Shown piece after piece: positions 32,794-46,500 of a stretch of 64,000 bases of DNA. Numbering within the stretch: position 1 is the stretch's first letter; each line of letters begins with the position of its first letter. This stretch comes from Catajapyx aquilonaris (lineage: Eukaryota), in contig KZ537966.1 in the NCBI GenBank assembly GCA_000934665.2, positions 124,001 to 188,000 of the forward strand, given 5' to 3'. Position numbers and translations under genes: made by a program. The notes below the pieces were generated by a model. The model searched no databases. It was not told the origin of the DNA and saw only the letters and a list, made by a program, of their open reading frames with translations.

Positions 32794-32893
32794 GGGTGGA
32801 ATTTTCGTCCCACTGATAGTTACTGCTAGCTTAGCAGTAGCAGTGTCGGAAATGGTACTGCTAAGTTAGCACTAACTAACGAAAATTCCACCC
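32794..32893. mobile_element. 100-bp MITE with ACT target-site duplication
   Basis: TIRs gggtggaattttcgt and acgaaaattccaccc, with ACT at 32791-93 and 32894-96. Confidence 0.7.
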
Positions 32894-32908
32894 ACTGTTG
32901 GACACCTT

Positions 32909-33104
32909 GCACTTAGTAACTCTTAGTAGCAGGTAGTTAGTAACAGTCCGTAGGGTATTCTAAGACCGTGGCACTTGTTAGTAGTGGGTGCTCTTAATGA
33001 CACGTTAGTAGTAGCTCCTTAGTAACCCTTAGTAGCAGGTACTTAGTGACACGTTAGTAGCAGGTACTTAGTGACAGTCGTTGGCAGTGGGTGCTTAGTA
33101 ACAG
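32909..33104. repeat. Degenerate minisatellite directly upstream of the CATIP-like ORF
   Basis: Repeated cttagtagcaggtacttagtgacac / ttagtaac units. Confidence 0.7.
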
Positions 33105-33144
33105 CAATGCGGTGTGACGATTGTTGTGTTCCAAATCTTGAGCC

Positions 33145-34197
33145 ATGTCTGAGTACAGCCAGGATGGGAGGAAGATCTTCCGGTCTGCTGTGCCTGTTGA
33201 GAAGCACCCGTGCTTTTGCTGCTGCGGGTGTGAGGATGAGTTGGTGCGTTGCATGCTGGGTTTTGAGCCGGAGGAGCTTGAGGAGGTGGCCTACACTCAG
33301 AGCCTGACTACGTACACTTTGACCAAGGCTAGTGGACAACACAGCGTGAGGGTCCACCCCATCCAGTACAACTTGGAGCCTGCGCTGATGGTACGTGTGG
33401 AGACGTACGCTATAACGCCCAGTGCCAGCTATGCCATGACCAGCATCGGATGCGTGTCAACCTCGCTCATAACGTTAGAAGAATACACTATTGAGCTGCA
33501 GGACGTGAAGGACAAGCCGGAAGAAACCTTCACCCGTCGCACGTTCATGCTGCGTGAACGAGACGGCGTGTACCTTCACAGAAAGTGCACGCAAGGAGGG
33601 ATTGATGTGACTGAATACCTGGAAATCCCATTCCGAGCAATGAAGGGATTTGTGTCAGACACCCTTTCCCATTTGATTGCATATCTGCTCGGTCGCAGCG
33701 GGAAGGTGAAAGCCTTTCAGACCAAAGGGTTTGACATCTTTGGAGAGCCGGCTACACAGTTCTTTAATGTGTCACTTCCTACATGGCGACAGGTGGATCC
33801 GTTTGTACGTGTGAAGGTACGCAAGGTGACACGGAAGATGGGCAACTTCAAGTGGAAGTTCACGTATGATGTGGAGGGCAACCTTTTTCAAATGGGGCTG
33901 CCGTGTGGGGTGCCCATGTCAGCCACAACCTTTCCTTGGGAAATCCAGACGTTGCCATCTGGTACCACCGTGCCTGCACTCAATTGGGAAAATGACATGG
34001 AGCTGGTGTCCAAGTACCTTGACTGTAAGGAGAAGGTAGCAGCAGAGTCACGCAGCTACATGGAGGACCATCCCGAGCTGTCCCACGTCCTGGCTGACTT
34101 TCTGCAGGCAGCACTGCTCCTCCAGCCAACGGATGTGTACGGCTTTGCACAAAGGTGGTTTATGCCTCTCCTTGCACGTGCATCCAAGCGCTATTAG
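33145..34197 (+). CDS. CATIP: Ciliogenesis-associated TTC17-interacting protein (CATIP)-like, single-exon ORF, 350 aa
   Basis: Uninterrupted 350-aa ORF. The C-terminus LNWENDMELVSKYLDCKEKVAAESRSYMEDHPELSHVLADFLQAALLLQPTDVYGFAQRWF resembles the CATIP C-terminal RIIa-like docking region (L.WE.DM.L.SK.LD.KE....SY...HPE......DFL...LL.QP.DV..FA..F). AATAAA at 34284-34289. Confidence 0.8.
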   Translation: MSEYSQDGRKIFRSAVPVEKHPCFCCCGCEDELVRCMLGFEPEELEEVAYTQSLTTYTLTKASGQHSVRVHPIQYNLEPALMVRVETYAITPSASYAMTSIGCVSTSLITLEEYTIELQDVKDKPEETFTRRTFMLRERDGVYLHRKCTQGGIDVTEYLEIPFRAMKGFVSDTLSHLIAYLLGRSGKVKAFQTKGFDIFGEPATQFFNVSLPTWRQVDPFVRVKVRKVTRKMGNFKWKFTYDVEGNLFQMGLPCGVPMSATTFPWEIQTLPSGTTVPALNWENDMELVSKYLDCKEKVAAESRSYMEDHPELSHVLADFLQAALLLQPTDVYGFAQRWFMPLLARASKRY

Positions 34198-34654
34198 TCT
34201 TCCAAGTGCAGCCGCAGCAGCAATCTGATTTCGTCAAGTTCAAATGAATGGAAGTGGCAACCTGTTAAAACTAACATTATTGGAATAAAGCAATTGTTTT
34301 AAACCACAGCTTGCAAAAATAAGCTGTGTGTTCCAGTAATTAAATACTGTATAATTATGTTTGATTACACTGTGACACACAACAAAATTTGTATCCACAT
34401 TTTTTTAAACTAGTGATATTATTCTTGGCAGTACTTTCAGTGAACTCAGTCTGAAGAGAATCAGAGTAGCCGCCTGTGGCCAGTTGAATGGATTCTTACA
34501 TAGCAATGAACTGATAAGCAGGTCTTGCTTAATCGACCTTAGGTTATCTGAGATCCTGCCTCATCTGGCATGACCACAAAACATAGCAAATGGTGTAGGC
34601 TATATTTGTATTATTGCATTACTAATAGTTACATTTCCATCCAGGTGAGACGCC

Positions 34655-35811
34655 ATGACTGACTCAGGCGAAACAAAGACGCCAGGGAAAATAAGGCAAG
34701 ACTTGGTTGGATCAGCAGTGAGATTCCTTGAAAACCCGAGAGTGTCTGAAAGCCCTCTTGATCTCAAGCGCAAGTTTCTTGCTGCGAAAGGCTTGACCGA
34801 AGAGGAAGTTGAAGAGGCCTTCAGGAGAGCCAAACCCTCACCTGCATCACAGCAATCCTTGGCGCTACCTACTCCACCACCTGTCCCTCCTCCGTACTAT
34901 GCACCCGCACCCTACCATGGCCCTCCTTCCTTTTGGATGCAGGTCCGAGACTTTCTGAATGCCTTTGCGCTCATCTTTGGTGTGTCATATGGAGTATATT
35001 ATATCTATAAGGTGAGATGGGGGGCTTATAGTCCATTCATTTCGTAAGGGAGTAGTAATAAGCTGATATTGTCAGAAATTGGCCACTCAGTATTTTACTT
35101 TTGAATGTAAGCGATCTGGAAAGTACAAAGGGATTGGATATTGTTATATGACACAGAAACACGTGCGGCAATGGCTGTTTGATTGTCCTGCGGAGAAGAG
35201 TCAGGAGAAGGCGGTAGCAGAGCTGATACACAACTTGAACCAGTCTGTCCAGGAACTGAAGGAGTCGGTAGCAGAGCTGAAAACGGCAATGGAGGACAAG
35301 GACCAGCGAATTAGTGCCATTGTCCAGGAGGAGGTGGCCAATGCCATACCCACACAGAGGATCAACGACATCAAGAGTGAGGTGGCCTCTGTCAAAGGTC
35401 TTCTGCTTGGCAGGTGAGTAGTCTCCTACTAACTTGGCGATTAATTCAGAAGTATTTGTCCAGCAAACCAGGTTTCCCCAATCCATATTGAACATCCCAT
35501 TCCAACCTTGCAGGAAACAATTTCCTCCAACCCCATCAGTTGCACCCGGTATCCCTGCATGGCAGCTTCCTTCCGCCTCCAAGAAGGACAAAGACGAGAA
35601 GAACGCGGAAGATGAAGACGGTGAGGAAACGTTTGAGGAGGAAGAGGAGGAGAGGGTGGTGTCCATGGGCAGCACCAATGGAAGTAGCTCTTGTGAGGTG
35701 GTCATGATGAGCAGCAAAAGTGAAAATAGTGTGGGGGTCACAGGAGGTGTCGCAGTTCCGGGAGGGGGAGGCAGCGATACTAGTCAGGGAAGTGCTGAGA
35801 TGCCGGAATGA
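34655..35811 (+). CDS. PEX14: Peroxisomal membrane protein PEX14 (3 coding exons)
   Basis: Exons 34655-35011, 35157-35413 and 35514-35811. Pex14_N domain IRQDLVGSAVRFLENPRVSESPLDLKRKFLAAKGLTEEEVEEAF, then a proline-rich linker, a hydrophobic segment, a coiled coil, INDIKSEVASVKGLLLGRKQFP, IPAWQL and an acidic tail. Confidence 0.95.
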
Positions 35812-38141
35812 ACTGGCTTCCTTTTTTTTTTTAGCATTCTTTGGGTTAAACTTGCGGGATACTTAGGAGTTCATATGTGATTATTTGGGAGACCTGAGGG
35901 AGGCGTCTTTCAATTTCTTGGGAACATGTAACCTTCATGGATAAATAAACAATGCATGTTTTTTTAAGATATCCAGGACTACATTTAACAATGGCAGGTT
36001 ATATACAGCACACTATTTTTTCATGATTTCCTCTTGCTTGGTTTTGTACAATGCCTGCCTAGCAGAAATCTTCCGTTTTTGTGGTACAATACCAGGTCTT
36101 GAGTTGCAACGAAGGGTGATGATAATTAAAAAGTACATAAGTGGCAGTGGTGGGTGGTGCGCACCCCAAAAAAAAGGCATTGTCATGGTTTTTTGCCTCC
36201 CCAATCTAATAAGCCAACAATAAATCATTTGTCAATTGAAGATGAAGAGAAGAAAAAAAAAACATGGGAGTCACTGAAGATATCATTTTAAAAATCTTGC
36301 ATGACTTGAATATATTCTCTCAGGTACCAAAATGTCAACAATGTGCTTTTTCCCTGCTTCGAGCAGAGAGCACATTTGGGGCTTCACATCAAAAACAAGG
36401 AAAATAATTTTTGTAACAAAAAAAGGCATCACAATGTGTGAACACATCACCAATTGTAAACAATTTGTCAGCCTAATCTTCTTTTTTTTTTAATTAAAGA
36501 AGTAATAACAATGAGAACCAGGCCGGTGATTTACGGGACTACAGAAATAATATTATTTCTGATGTCAGTCCCATTATAACAACGTTGGGAGGGAAACCAG
36601 CTTCAGGAACTAAATATTTTGCTGATTATGAAAAATTAATCATCTTCAATATGTATTAATGTCTTGCCTTGACAAAAAATTTGTATTATCCAAATTTCAT
36701 GTCACATCATGGTCCCAAAATCAGTGGCAGGAGAAGGACATGTTATTTCTTTTCTCGCTGCTTAAAATAAGCCACATATGTACTTTTTTCTATGTACAAT
36801 AAATGCACATAAAATATTTCATTTGAAACAAGAGTACCACTGGAAATTACACCTGATTTTTTATCATTTTTCTTTTCTTTTCTGACAAGCACAAGTTTAA
36901 GTACATTCAAGGACTTTGAAACTATAATTTGATTTTACCCTGTACTCAAAACACACCACAGGTTTGTCTTGGGGAGGAAATGAAACAACGAGCTTCTTTT
37001 TTAAAAAAAATTAGACACAACAGACCAGCCAAGCCAAAATAGTTTTTGGCCTGGAAATCTACATAACATGCACACGTCTTTTGTCTTATTAAAAAAAGAG
37101 GAAAGGAAAAAACGCTCCCTGTTTTTGTTGTCTGGTATAAATCCAATCACACACGAATAAAAATAGTTCCTACGTCAATTTCTTCCAAACAGGAGGGTTT
37201 AGAAGAATAGTGTCTTATTTGTGTGTGTCTGTGTGTGTTTTAAATATCTGTATACAACCCAATTTTTTTTTTCCCTGGTTTGTAGTTTTTGTCTGTTGCA
37301 AATTTAAATGACTATACAACAATCATCAGTTCGCTAGTTAAACTTTGTACAAATTGTACAATAGGTCGAAATGACCAACAATTCATGTCCACCTGATGTG
37401 AACCTGGAAAACGAGGAGGGGGAAAAAACAATGAGCCTTCATTTCTTCCTTCTCTAAATAAATTAATTGTTGCGTTTTTTTTCCCTTGTTCGATCTTTTT
37501 TTTTTGTCACACAACTTCTTTAAAATGATGCACCAAATAACTTTTTTTTTGCTGTCAAACAACAATCATGTAAAACTGTGAATCACATTGGGGGAGAGTA
37601 AATGGTTCAGGAAAAAAAAAATTTAACCAGTACTGTCCATACCCACTCGCAGGCCCCTAGAACGGACTCCCTATTTTGTATCCCGAGTGATGTACACAAA
37701 GCGGGGATGGCTTCTCTCTCCCTCCTCCTAAACCACCCACCATTTATCTCACGGAGATTAAAAAACTCATGAACGGACACATACTTGCGGGGATAAGCAC
37801 TATGCAAGTCACTCCTCCAATATGACTTTTCCACTCCTCCCATCCGAAAATGGAAGCACAATATTGTCACTGTACAAAACACACAATATGTACCAAAACT
37901 TTTTACCTAACCAGGCAGCGCCGCCAACCTGACATCTACAAGGATTGCTCGCCTAATCCTCCGCAATCAGCATTCCTGAAAAATAAATAAATGTGCTAAT
38001 AAATAAGTAAACCTGGTCTCGCTCTGTTGGCGCCATAAGCTTATCCCTACAGCACATCCGTCCTAGGGGCCACGATTCGTTTAAAATGAGAAATCCTTCA
38101 AGTGGGGCTTTTGGTCTTCGTTTACATACCTACTGGTGTTG

Positions 38142-41100
38142 CTACCATAGGCGGTGTAAGTGTAAGTTTCGACTTAGAACACTGCGGACGTCCTGTGTGA
38201 ACCTGAGGGCGTCCAGCATGGGAAGCAGGTTCAGGAGGGCCGTATCCATGGGGTCACTGAACCATGACTTGATGGGGACTGCATTGTCTATTTGGAAGGA
38301 AAAGCAATATTATCATTCAAAGTAAGTATGAAAGCACTCATCTCAAAATGTCAGGGCCTGACTATAAAAATAATTTACGCAATGTTTGGCCTAATCGGAC
38401 CTGTCATGGGTTGGTATTATGCCAACTAGTTATGCAGAAAATTGTGTTGTTTCCATTATAGTCGTGCACTTGCACAACATACAGGTTGCCTATTTTCGGA
38501 AGTGATCCTGCCAATGAAAGTTTCAAACTAGGGACTCTCCCCAATTGTTGAATTACTTATTCCATTCTACAATGTGCAGAAACTTGAGCACTAGATTCCT
38601 CCTCCGTGAAGGACTTGCAGGAAGCAAAGCCCAAAGGTTAGAGCCTGGTTCATATCATTCTTATGAGCAAATGTTGTCCTGATGCCAGTTTCTCTAATTT
38701 TATACTTGCAGGCACATTACAAAGCGCATTGCCTTGGCAGCCCATCACTTAAAGGAGTCTCTGACCTGGCAACACATAGTGTAGGACTAAGCAATTATAC
38801 CTGGAAAATGTAGAGCAGCAGGTTTATTACTAGCTCTCGGCACTGCACAAGACTTATGTAAATCTTCATAAACTATTACGCTGTAGCATCTGTGGACATG
38901 AATGGTGTCAAACAATATCGCATGAGCAGATGTGCTCACCTGGATATGCCCTGTAGGCTCCAGGTGAATTATCCAATATAAATACGCAGGATAGGTCTGC
39001 ACAAATGGCAGTGAGATCCTTGGTGTAGCTGCCAAAGTCCAGCGTGCAGTGCTGGCGATAGTATCTTCTCCTGAGGATCCCTCTGTTGTTGTCCAGCTTG
39101 TCTGCTACTGCTGCCCCGTAAATCTCCATGCTGGCAGTGAATACAACCAGTTCGTACCACTGAGAAACCTGTAAAAAGTTCTTGATAAGTAAATGGAGCT
39201 CCTGATGTTAAGCACTTTTCTGGTCTAACAAAAATAAACTCACCACATCTAAGAAAAAGTCGACATGTGGCCTTTTGTGCACGAAGAATCTGACTGGGTG
39301 ACGATCTATTGTGACTTTCAATACAAAGTCTGGTGGTGTCCCCGGTTTGACTGTTTGTCTCAGGACACCATCATGGTGGGAGTGGATCAGCGTCTCGTCC
39401 AGGTCTAAAACTAGTACTTTCCGCTTCACTAGACCTGCAAATGACATAGGCAGCACCGTCCTGTGTCAGCACCAGGCTAGATCTATTTTTTTTCAAGTCA
39501 AGGATATAGTAATACGTAGAAAAAGAAAATGACAACTAGAAACATTAATTAGTATGCATTGAAATAAAACAAAGCAAACTTACTTAATCTGTGCTTGGAA
39601 AGAGGTGATAAGGGAAATACTTCGTATTTCACTGTTTGATGCTGGATGACCTGGAATAGACGAAAAATATTATTAGCTTGTAAACAAGTTCGATTAGGAA
39701 ATTAAATCCTAGTAATACCACTTTTCGTGCTTCATGGTCTGTGATATTAATAATCAGGCTTCAAACACTAGTCGAAAAGGTCAAAAGTTTATCTTTGAAT
39801 TTCTATGTACTGCCAAATGCGTTAAATATTACTGCATTTGTAATCTTGCTCGTATCTATCGTATATCACAGCACACATATACCATAATCACACTGGAATA
39901 TAAATGCTACAATTCATTTTACTTCGGCCAATTAAAACCAGGTGTCACAGCATTTCCCTTGTCATGTCTACACTTAAACTCTGGGCAGAGTGACAAGACT
40001 TGTCAAACTGGCAGCCAACCAAAAATTTCCTCCCTCAAAAAGAAAAGAATCCTTGCACTTGACCTTGGCCAAATATATATCACAATTCTGTCACACTTTT
40101 TGCCCAGAAGAGTTAACACCTGTGCACATCTCACCTGTTATAAGCCAACGACCCCATTTGCCCTGGACCTACACCATCCGCAGATCTTAAATAGCCCACA
40201 AAATTCTGAGCCGCAAGTTACCGCCAGTAAAGAAATCTTGGGCTTATCTCTACAATGAAATTTCGTACCAGAAACTTACTTTCTTTGAATGCGTACACTG
40301 CACGTTAAATCTGTCTACATGCTGGGGGCTTCCACTCTTAAGGATTTGCCAATTTCGATAAGACTAATGCTAAAACTGCCTGTATGTGGACTAAAAATTA
40401 GTTACAATTCCTTACTGCAAAAATTATGTAATTTTAATCAGTTTAAGAATAGTAGTCAGACTCATGTTGAATTTACAGATAAAATGAAACAAATGGTTTA
40501 TTGGTATTCACAAGATGACCAGGCTCTGGTTGTGTATATGCCACGATAAAATGACACTCTGGTGATGAATTGTATTTCATAATTAACCTGCCAATCATTG
40601 TGAAGTGTGTAAGGGCAAATCAATAACACATTTACATTTTAAAAGTACACTAATTCATACAAATAGACACACATTGACATTTTAATCCATTCAAACACGG
40701 GAGCAGAACGAAAACCCTAGAATAACTCTTACAGGCTGACCAATGTAGGAGAAAAGAAAAATGTTATTTTGGCTGGAAGCCTTGCAACAACACCTTTATA
40801 AACATGACCTTGGACCACATATCAACAACCTCTTCAGCACTATAATAAAACCTGTCAGCTGGTAAGATCTTCACATCTGCACAGGTGCAATTAAAGCATG
40901 CAAGCTGCTTTCCTAATTTAATTGACAAAGGACATGCTCCAGGTCTGCTACTGCCATGCCACAAAATAAGTTTCGGGGAGGTTGTTCCTCGTAATCATAG
41001 ATGAAACAAGAGTTTTCTCACATCTATGCTTGGGTTTCAAAATTCAGAGTAAAAGTACAATCTTGTAATAGCAACCAACTGGATTCTCATGAGTGGGAAT

Positions 41101-41896
41101 GGGCCTAGGAACACTCCGCAAATTTAATGTAGCAACATTAGATAAACACTGGTTGTGCTATTTCCCAACAGGATCCAAAATGCAAGTTTTTGATGGTCTC
41201 GATTGAATTTTTGAATTTGAGAAAAAGGTGACAATTCATTACACTTACACTTCTATTTGAGACTCACGGTCAATCCCAAGGAATTGGTAGGAAAACAAAC
41301 CTTCATTTTTAAATGCAATATTACTCCGAACAATTATTGTCCAACTTGGCAAAACTAACCCTCACAGGTCTACGGGCGATCAACAGCTGCATATTTTATT
41401 ATCATCAACGTTTTATGATTGGTTCTTATAGGTTGAGAGCTGACGCTCTACACACCTCTTGTTGGCATGATTCAGTATATTTCAGAATAGACTCCTGCAT
41501 TGGCTCCTGACTTCACCTAATGATGCCTGGTGGCTTATAACTGCATGACTGGTGGCAGTGAATTTGATGTCGGCTGAGTTATGAACATTGCAAATGAAAA
41601 TCAAGGCTATTTTCCACCGCACAATGATAAGCAATGAATGACACTAGGACAATGCGTCGTAAGCGCATTGAAACTACTATTACTGGTTGTACGTTTATGC
41701 CAAGCGACGCTTACTCTCAACGGCCACATTGCCTTGTGCCACGAGTGATGTCGTCTGCGGACATGTCAAAGCGTGCGTGTGCGCTGGATATACTCACGGT
41801 GCGTATTTGCTTCCTGAGTATGTAGCAGACGAAGCTCCATATTTTGGAGGCGAGCAGTAGGAAAGCGCGAAGGCCCATCTGAAGTTGCTTCAGCAT
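38142..41896 (-). CDS. CTDNEP1: CTD nuclear envelope phosphatase 1 (Dullard), 5 coding exons
   Basis: Exons 41896-41798, 39650-39584, 39434-39244, 39168-38940 and 38287-38142. HAD motif [43 protein letters not shown] and C-terminus [16 protein letters not shown]. Confidence 0.96.
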
Positions 41897-43549
41897 TGCC
41901 AGCTCCTGTGATTGGCTGGCCCCTCTCCTTTTTATACACACACACCCACAACAACAACTCGTGTCCCTCTTCACTCCTTCCCCTCTTTGCCCCTTGTCCC
42001 CTGCACTATCCTAGTGTGGACCACACTCTTGCGAAGGGGAGAGGATCCTCCTCACATAATCTCAGGAGCTGGCAGGGTCTGCAAACAAAACACAGCAAGA
42101 AGACGCCATAATCGATGGACGGGGATGGTGGGGAGGGGGGGGGGAGGGGGAGGGGGAGTGCCACTGCGCAGCCACACACGCGCACCACGCAGGGTGGCCA
42201 GCTGCACTCCTCTCCTGCACACCCCGACCGGAACAATACGGATCTAATTAAACTACTGCTAATTAGTCCACCCTTTCCGTCATTAAAGGTAGTCATGTTT
42301 GTGTCATAAACGGAATTGTTAGTTGGGCTCATGAGAGGAGAGTACTTGCCGGTGTGCACCTCTGCGTCTGGCCACCACGAATCAAATGCCGATATCGAGG
42401 CGGGGTGTTCAAACGATGGACACCGCGATTGATTTCAGGCCACAGTTGCCTCCAAACTGCACTTATTATCTGAATGTATGCTTCTAATTGTGTAGCTATA
42501 CACAAATATGATTCTCTACACCCTCATGCAATTATTACAGGCTTATTGAACTTGCCCTCAAAGTTATATTCACAATAGCGAAACGTAAGCTACGATGGAA
42601 GTACTGGTTTGAAACGCAGAGCTTACAAGAAAGATGATTTCTCTTAAATATGAACAACCCAAGTTGAGAGGCCAGCTGGGCAACAGCCAAGCACATTTCA
42701 CAGCTCATTCTAATCAGTCAACACTAGCGTTATAAACAGTCTCGAAGATGAAACAGTTGTCAGACAGCCAACATGGAAAGGAAACGATTGACCAGAAAAT
42801 TACGTGTAAGCTCTTGTTATTTACCTCACATGACAACTCCATTCATTGGAACATTAAAAGTCAATTCACGTGGATTAAATGGCAATCTTGTTGCAAGCAC
42901 ACACCTGCAGACTACACTTCCTGGCTTGGCTGCAAGTCTTAAGATACATATCTTTAAAGCGCCAAGAACACTCAAGCCGCTATCATTCTTAATGTGTATT
43001 GCTTAATCAGGAATCTATTGCGTACAAACTGAAACATACGAGTATAAACATCCAACAACTTACCCAACTAAAGCTGAAGGTTCATTATCCACTAGCTTGC
43101 TTATCTGATGAGCAAGGGCTTTTATCTACCCTCAACAGGACAACTCTTGAGGTAGTTCTGATAAGGGATGAGCAGGTGACTTGAATCACAACAGTCTCTG
43201 TCAATTCCAAATGACAAACCTTTGTCCTTTCATTTTAATGTTATTCTTAAGGTGCTTATATTCGTTTACAAATGCTGCTGACACTATTACATTTTCTTTG
43301 TTCAGTTCCTACTGGGTAGCAGCTGGCTTTTGTTAATAATCACAAAAGAAGTCACATAAAACACACACAATGGAAACTGTGTCCAAATGTTCCCAGATCC
43401 TCTGACAGGTGGGGGAGGGAAAAAAAATCACTCAACGGTGTGTGCAGTGACTCAACTTACAGGAAGAAATTCAGGAGAGAGGAAAAAATTGGGTCGTCAC
43501 AACAACATGATGGAAAGGGTTATCAAGAGCAGCATCCACGATGCAATCT

Positions 43550-46500
43550 TCACATCCTCCGGTAGAGGTAAAGGTAGCCCAGATCCTTTGGAGGGTTTTC
43601 CGAGAGGGCCACCTTGTTGTCGTTGTAAATAACCCAATGGCCGTCCCGGAATATGTGGCAGACGTAGTGACCAACCATGGTGGAGGTTCCCATATGGGAG
43701 ATGAACGCCTGGAGTTTGTAGACTGGAAAAAGTATTGCATGTGGATCAGTCTTGTATTTCTATTTGGTGTAAGTCATGTTACAACAAAACATATTGCCAT
43801 GACACTGAAACCGACTCTAACAGTATTCAATAGCTGGAAACGGGCATGTCATAGTTGAGGCTAAGTTGGTGAAGCTCAATCACTGCCACCCTTCTCCTGC
43901 CCAACAACAATTGCTCATAACACCAGTTTCCACTGCCTTCGTAAATAAAAAGTCGTGATAAGTAGTAGTTTTCCCTTATCACTCTGCCGATACAGTTACA
44001 TAATGTAATCAGCTCTGTTGGCCACTTCCTAAAATCAATATTTGTTAAGTGCTTTCTTTTGGCAAGTGTTTTCTGCCCAGCTACACAATCAAAACAGATA
44101 ATTAAAATTTCACTACTGTGTAGCACCATTTTTTTTTAAGTCGTAGATAACAGGCCAGACAAGTAAAAATTGCCATGATAAGGTTTCCCTACTGAGAAAA
44201 CTTTATCTCATTAGAGAGGGGAGCCTCGTTTCCTTAACCCCAACCTTCTCAAGAGGAATCTGTGCACTTTTAGTGGAAGACACTGTAATGGCCCCAGGGG
44301 GGTAATAAGTCCAACTGCTAGTTGCTACAAAATTGTTTAGGCAGCCCCAGGGATGAGATAAACTTGACAGACTTAAACTTGGTGCATCGTTCAAGCTCAT
44401 AACAAGAAACTATCGTGCTCCTTAAATCAAAGGTTCACATTCATTTTGCATAATTATTTCAGTTTCCTCAGGGAATGTAAGCCAAGTAAACCATGGTGGG
44501 AAGCTAGGGTGTGCAGCACAGTTATCAGCAGTGCACTATGTTCATTTACAAGGTGGGTCAAATATTAATGGAACTGATTTTTTTAAAGAACATTCCTTAT
44601 TACACATTGACTTCTTTTACATGTCACTCTTCAAGAACTTCCCACTGGCTACTGCACATTTTTCCAGCATTCTGGTAGTTGTTTCATCCCCTTTTCAAAC
44701 ATGCTTTTTTAGGTTGTGGGAGTATCCTCTCTCGAACAATTGCCATCACAGCATCGTTGCCTTCACACTGCGCACTCCAGCTGCATCCGACTTAAGTCTT
44801 CCAAACAGGTAGATTATCACTTGAGCTCATATCTGGGATCAAGAGTGGGTTTGGCAGGAGGTCCCACCTTACTTTTTGATGGTATTTTGGGGCAGTGTGG
44901 GGTCTTGTGTTGTCTTGAAGGAAGTAAATCAGTTTTCCTCCAGTCTTACTCTTGGATCGGATTTGTTTCTTCACCTCTGTTAAGATAATGGCTGAATAGT
45001 ATTCTGCAGTGATTGTTCTGCCTTCTCCTAACAAATCAACAAGAATAATTCCCTTCCAATCCCCCAAAAACATCGCCATAACTTTTCCAGCCAGCTTTTC
45101 GGGTCTTGAGGTTCTCCACTCTCAGAGTTCCCTTTCTCAAGGCTTTACGCCACACAAACACGTGGGTTCGAGATAGACACTCTTCCTCATACAGTTTAAC
45201 TCTCTGCCAAATTTCTAATCAATTGACGTATTCCCAACGAGAAATTTGATGATAATGCGTTGTTCTACGCTCCGTGATACTTTCTGCTTGGTTATCGCTC
45301 CTGGAAATTGCAGACAAAACTGAGAAGGATCCCCCATTTGCTGAACAGAGGGGATGCGTTTAGGCTTCAATTGTGCAATAATTTGTTGGGCGGGTTTCTT
45401 TGTTCTGAAAAAATCAGTCCCAGTCATATTTGAACCCCCTTGTAGATTAGAAACATTACTGGCCACCTGGACCTAATGAGGCGAGCCCAAACCTATCCTT
45501 AACTATTTGTAAAGTAAAAGGCTCTCCGCAATGGTACAAAAATATCGAGCACTCACTCCCAGTTCCATCACGGTATTGTGGTCCATCAGGTACAGCGGCC
45601 ACAGCAGCCTCAGCATCATCCTTGTCCAGCTCATCTTGGTGGCTGAATATCCAGTCAATGGCCCTCTCAATGGCATTATCAGTTGCCTTCAGTGCTTTGG
45701 CTGCTTGTGACCGTGTGAATCCCATGGCCATTATGGTGGCGACAGCTCCTTCGTCTGGCTGGAAAGAGGCTCCTCCAGAAGTGCCACCATGTTGGAATGG
45801 GTCATTGATGTCTGCATCATCCAGGTGCTGCATCAGCCAGTTCGTAGCCTCCTCAATGCCAGCACCAGCAGTATTGTAGGCTGCCTTTTTGCAGGCCTCA
45901 GAATTGAAGCCCATGTCCATTAGCTGCTGCACTACGGCCATGTCCAGCATTACCTAGATGGTCATGGACAGTCATGATCAGAAAGGTCAACAAATATTGC
46001 AGAAATGCCCAGCTGCATATGGTTTCCTGGCTCATCATAATTAATTCGAGAAATTCACACATGTTTATGAGAGCAGTTGGTCAAGATCTTTATGTACAAG
46101 GACATCCATAGCATGATAATTCATTCTGATTTAATCAACTTCCCCAACACATCATTGCCTGAGTTTATATGCATAGAATGACATTTAAAATCACCTGAGG
46201 CTGCTGCTGCTGCTGCTGGCCTTGCCCTTGAGCCTGCCCCTGGGCAGGGACATCAGGGAGCTCCAGCTCTCCGGCTTGCATCCCATGAGCACGTAGCATA
46301 GAAATGTCCATGACTTCAGGCATCTCCACAGCCACATCCAGCTTTTTAGGCTGCCAATCATCCCCTACAGTGAACTTTTTCAGCTGGATCATGAGGTAGT
46401 CAGGAAAGGTGGCGAGGCGTGTGGTCTTCCTGGCAAGGGTGCGAGCATTCACTGCAGTGCTGAAGAACTCTATTATTTCCGGCTCAGAGAAACTCTCCAG

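Noticed and set aside
42244..42349. Possible GC-AG 5'UTR intron of CTDNEP1
   Set aside because: Signals are plausible (GCAAGT donor, ctaat branch point, TTAG acceptor) but cannot be supported without transcript data.
43100..43130. CTGATGA hammerhead core candidates (also near 966, 18297, 57765)
   Set aside because: None is followed by a stem II and GAAA, so no hammerhead fold.
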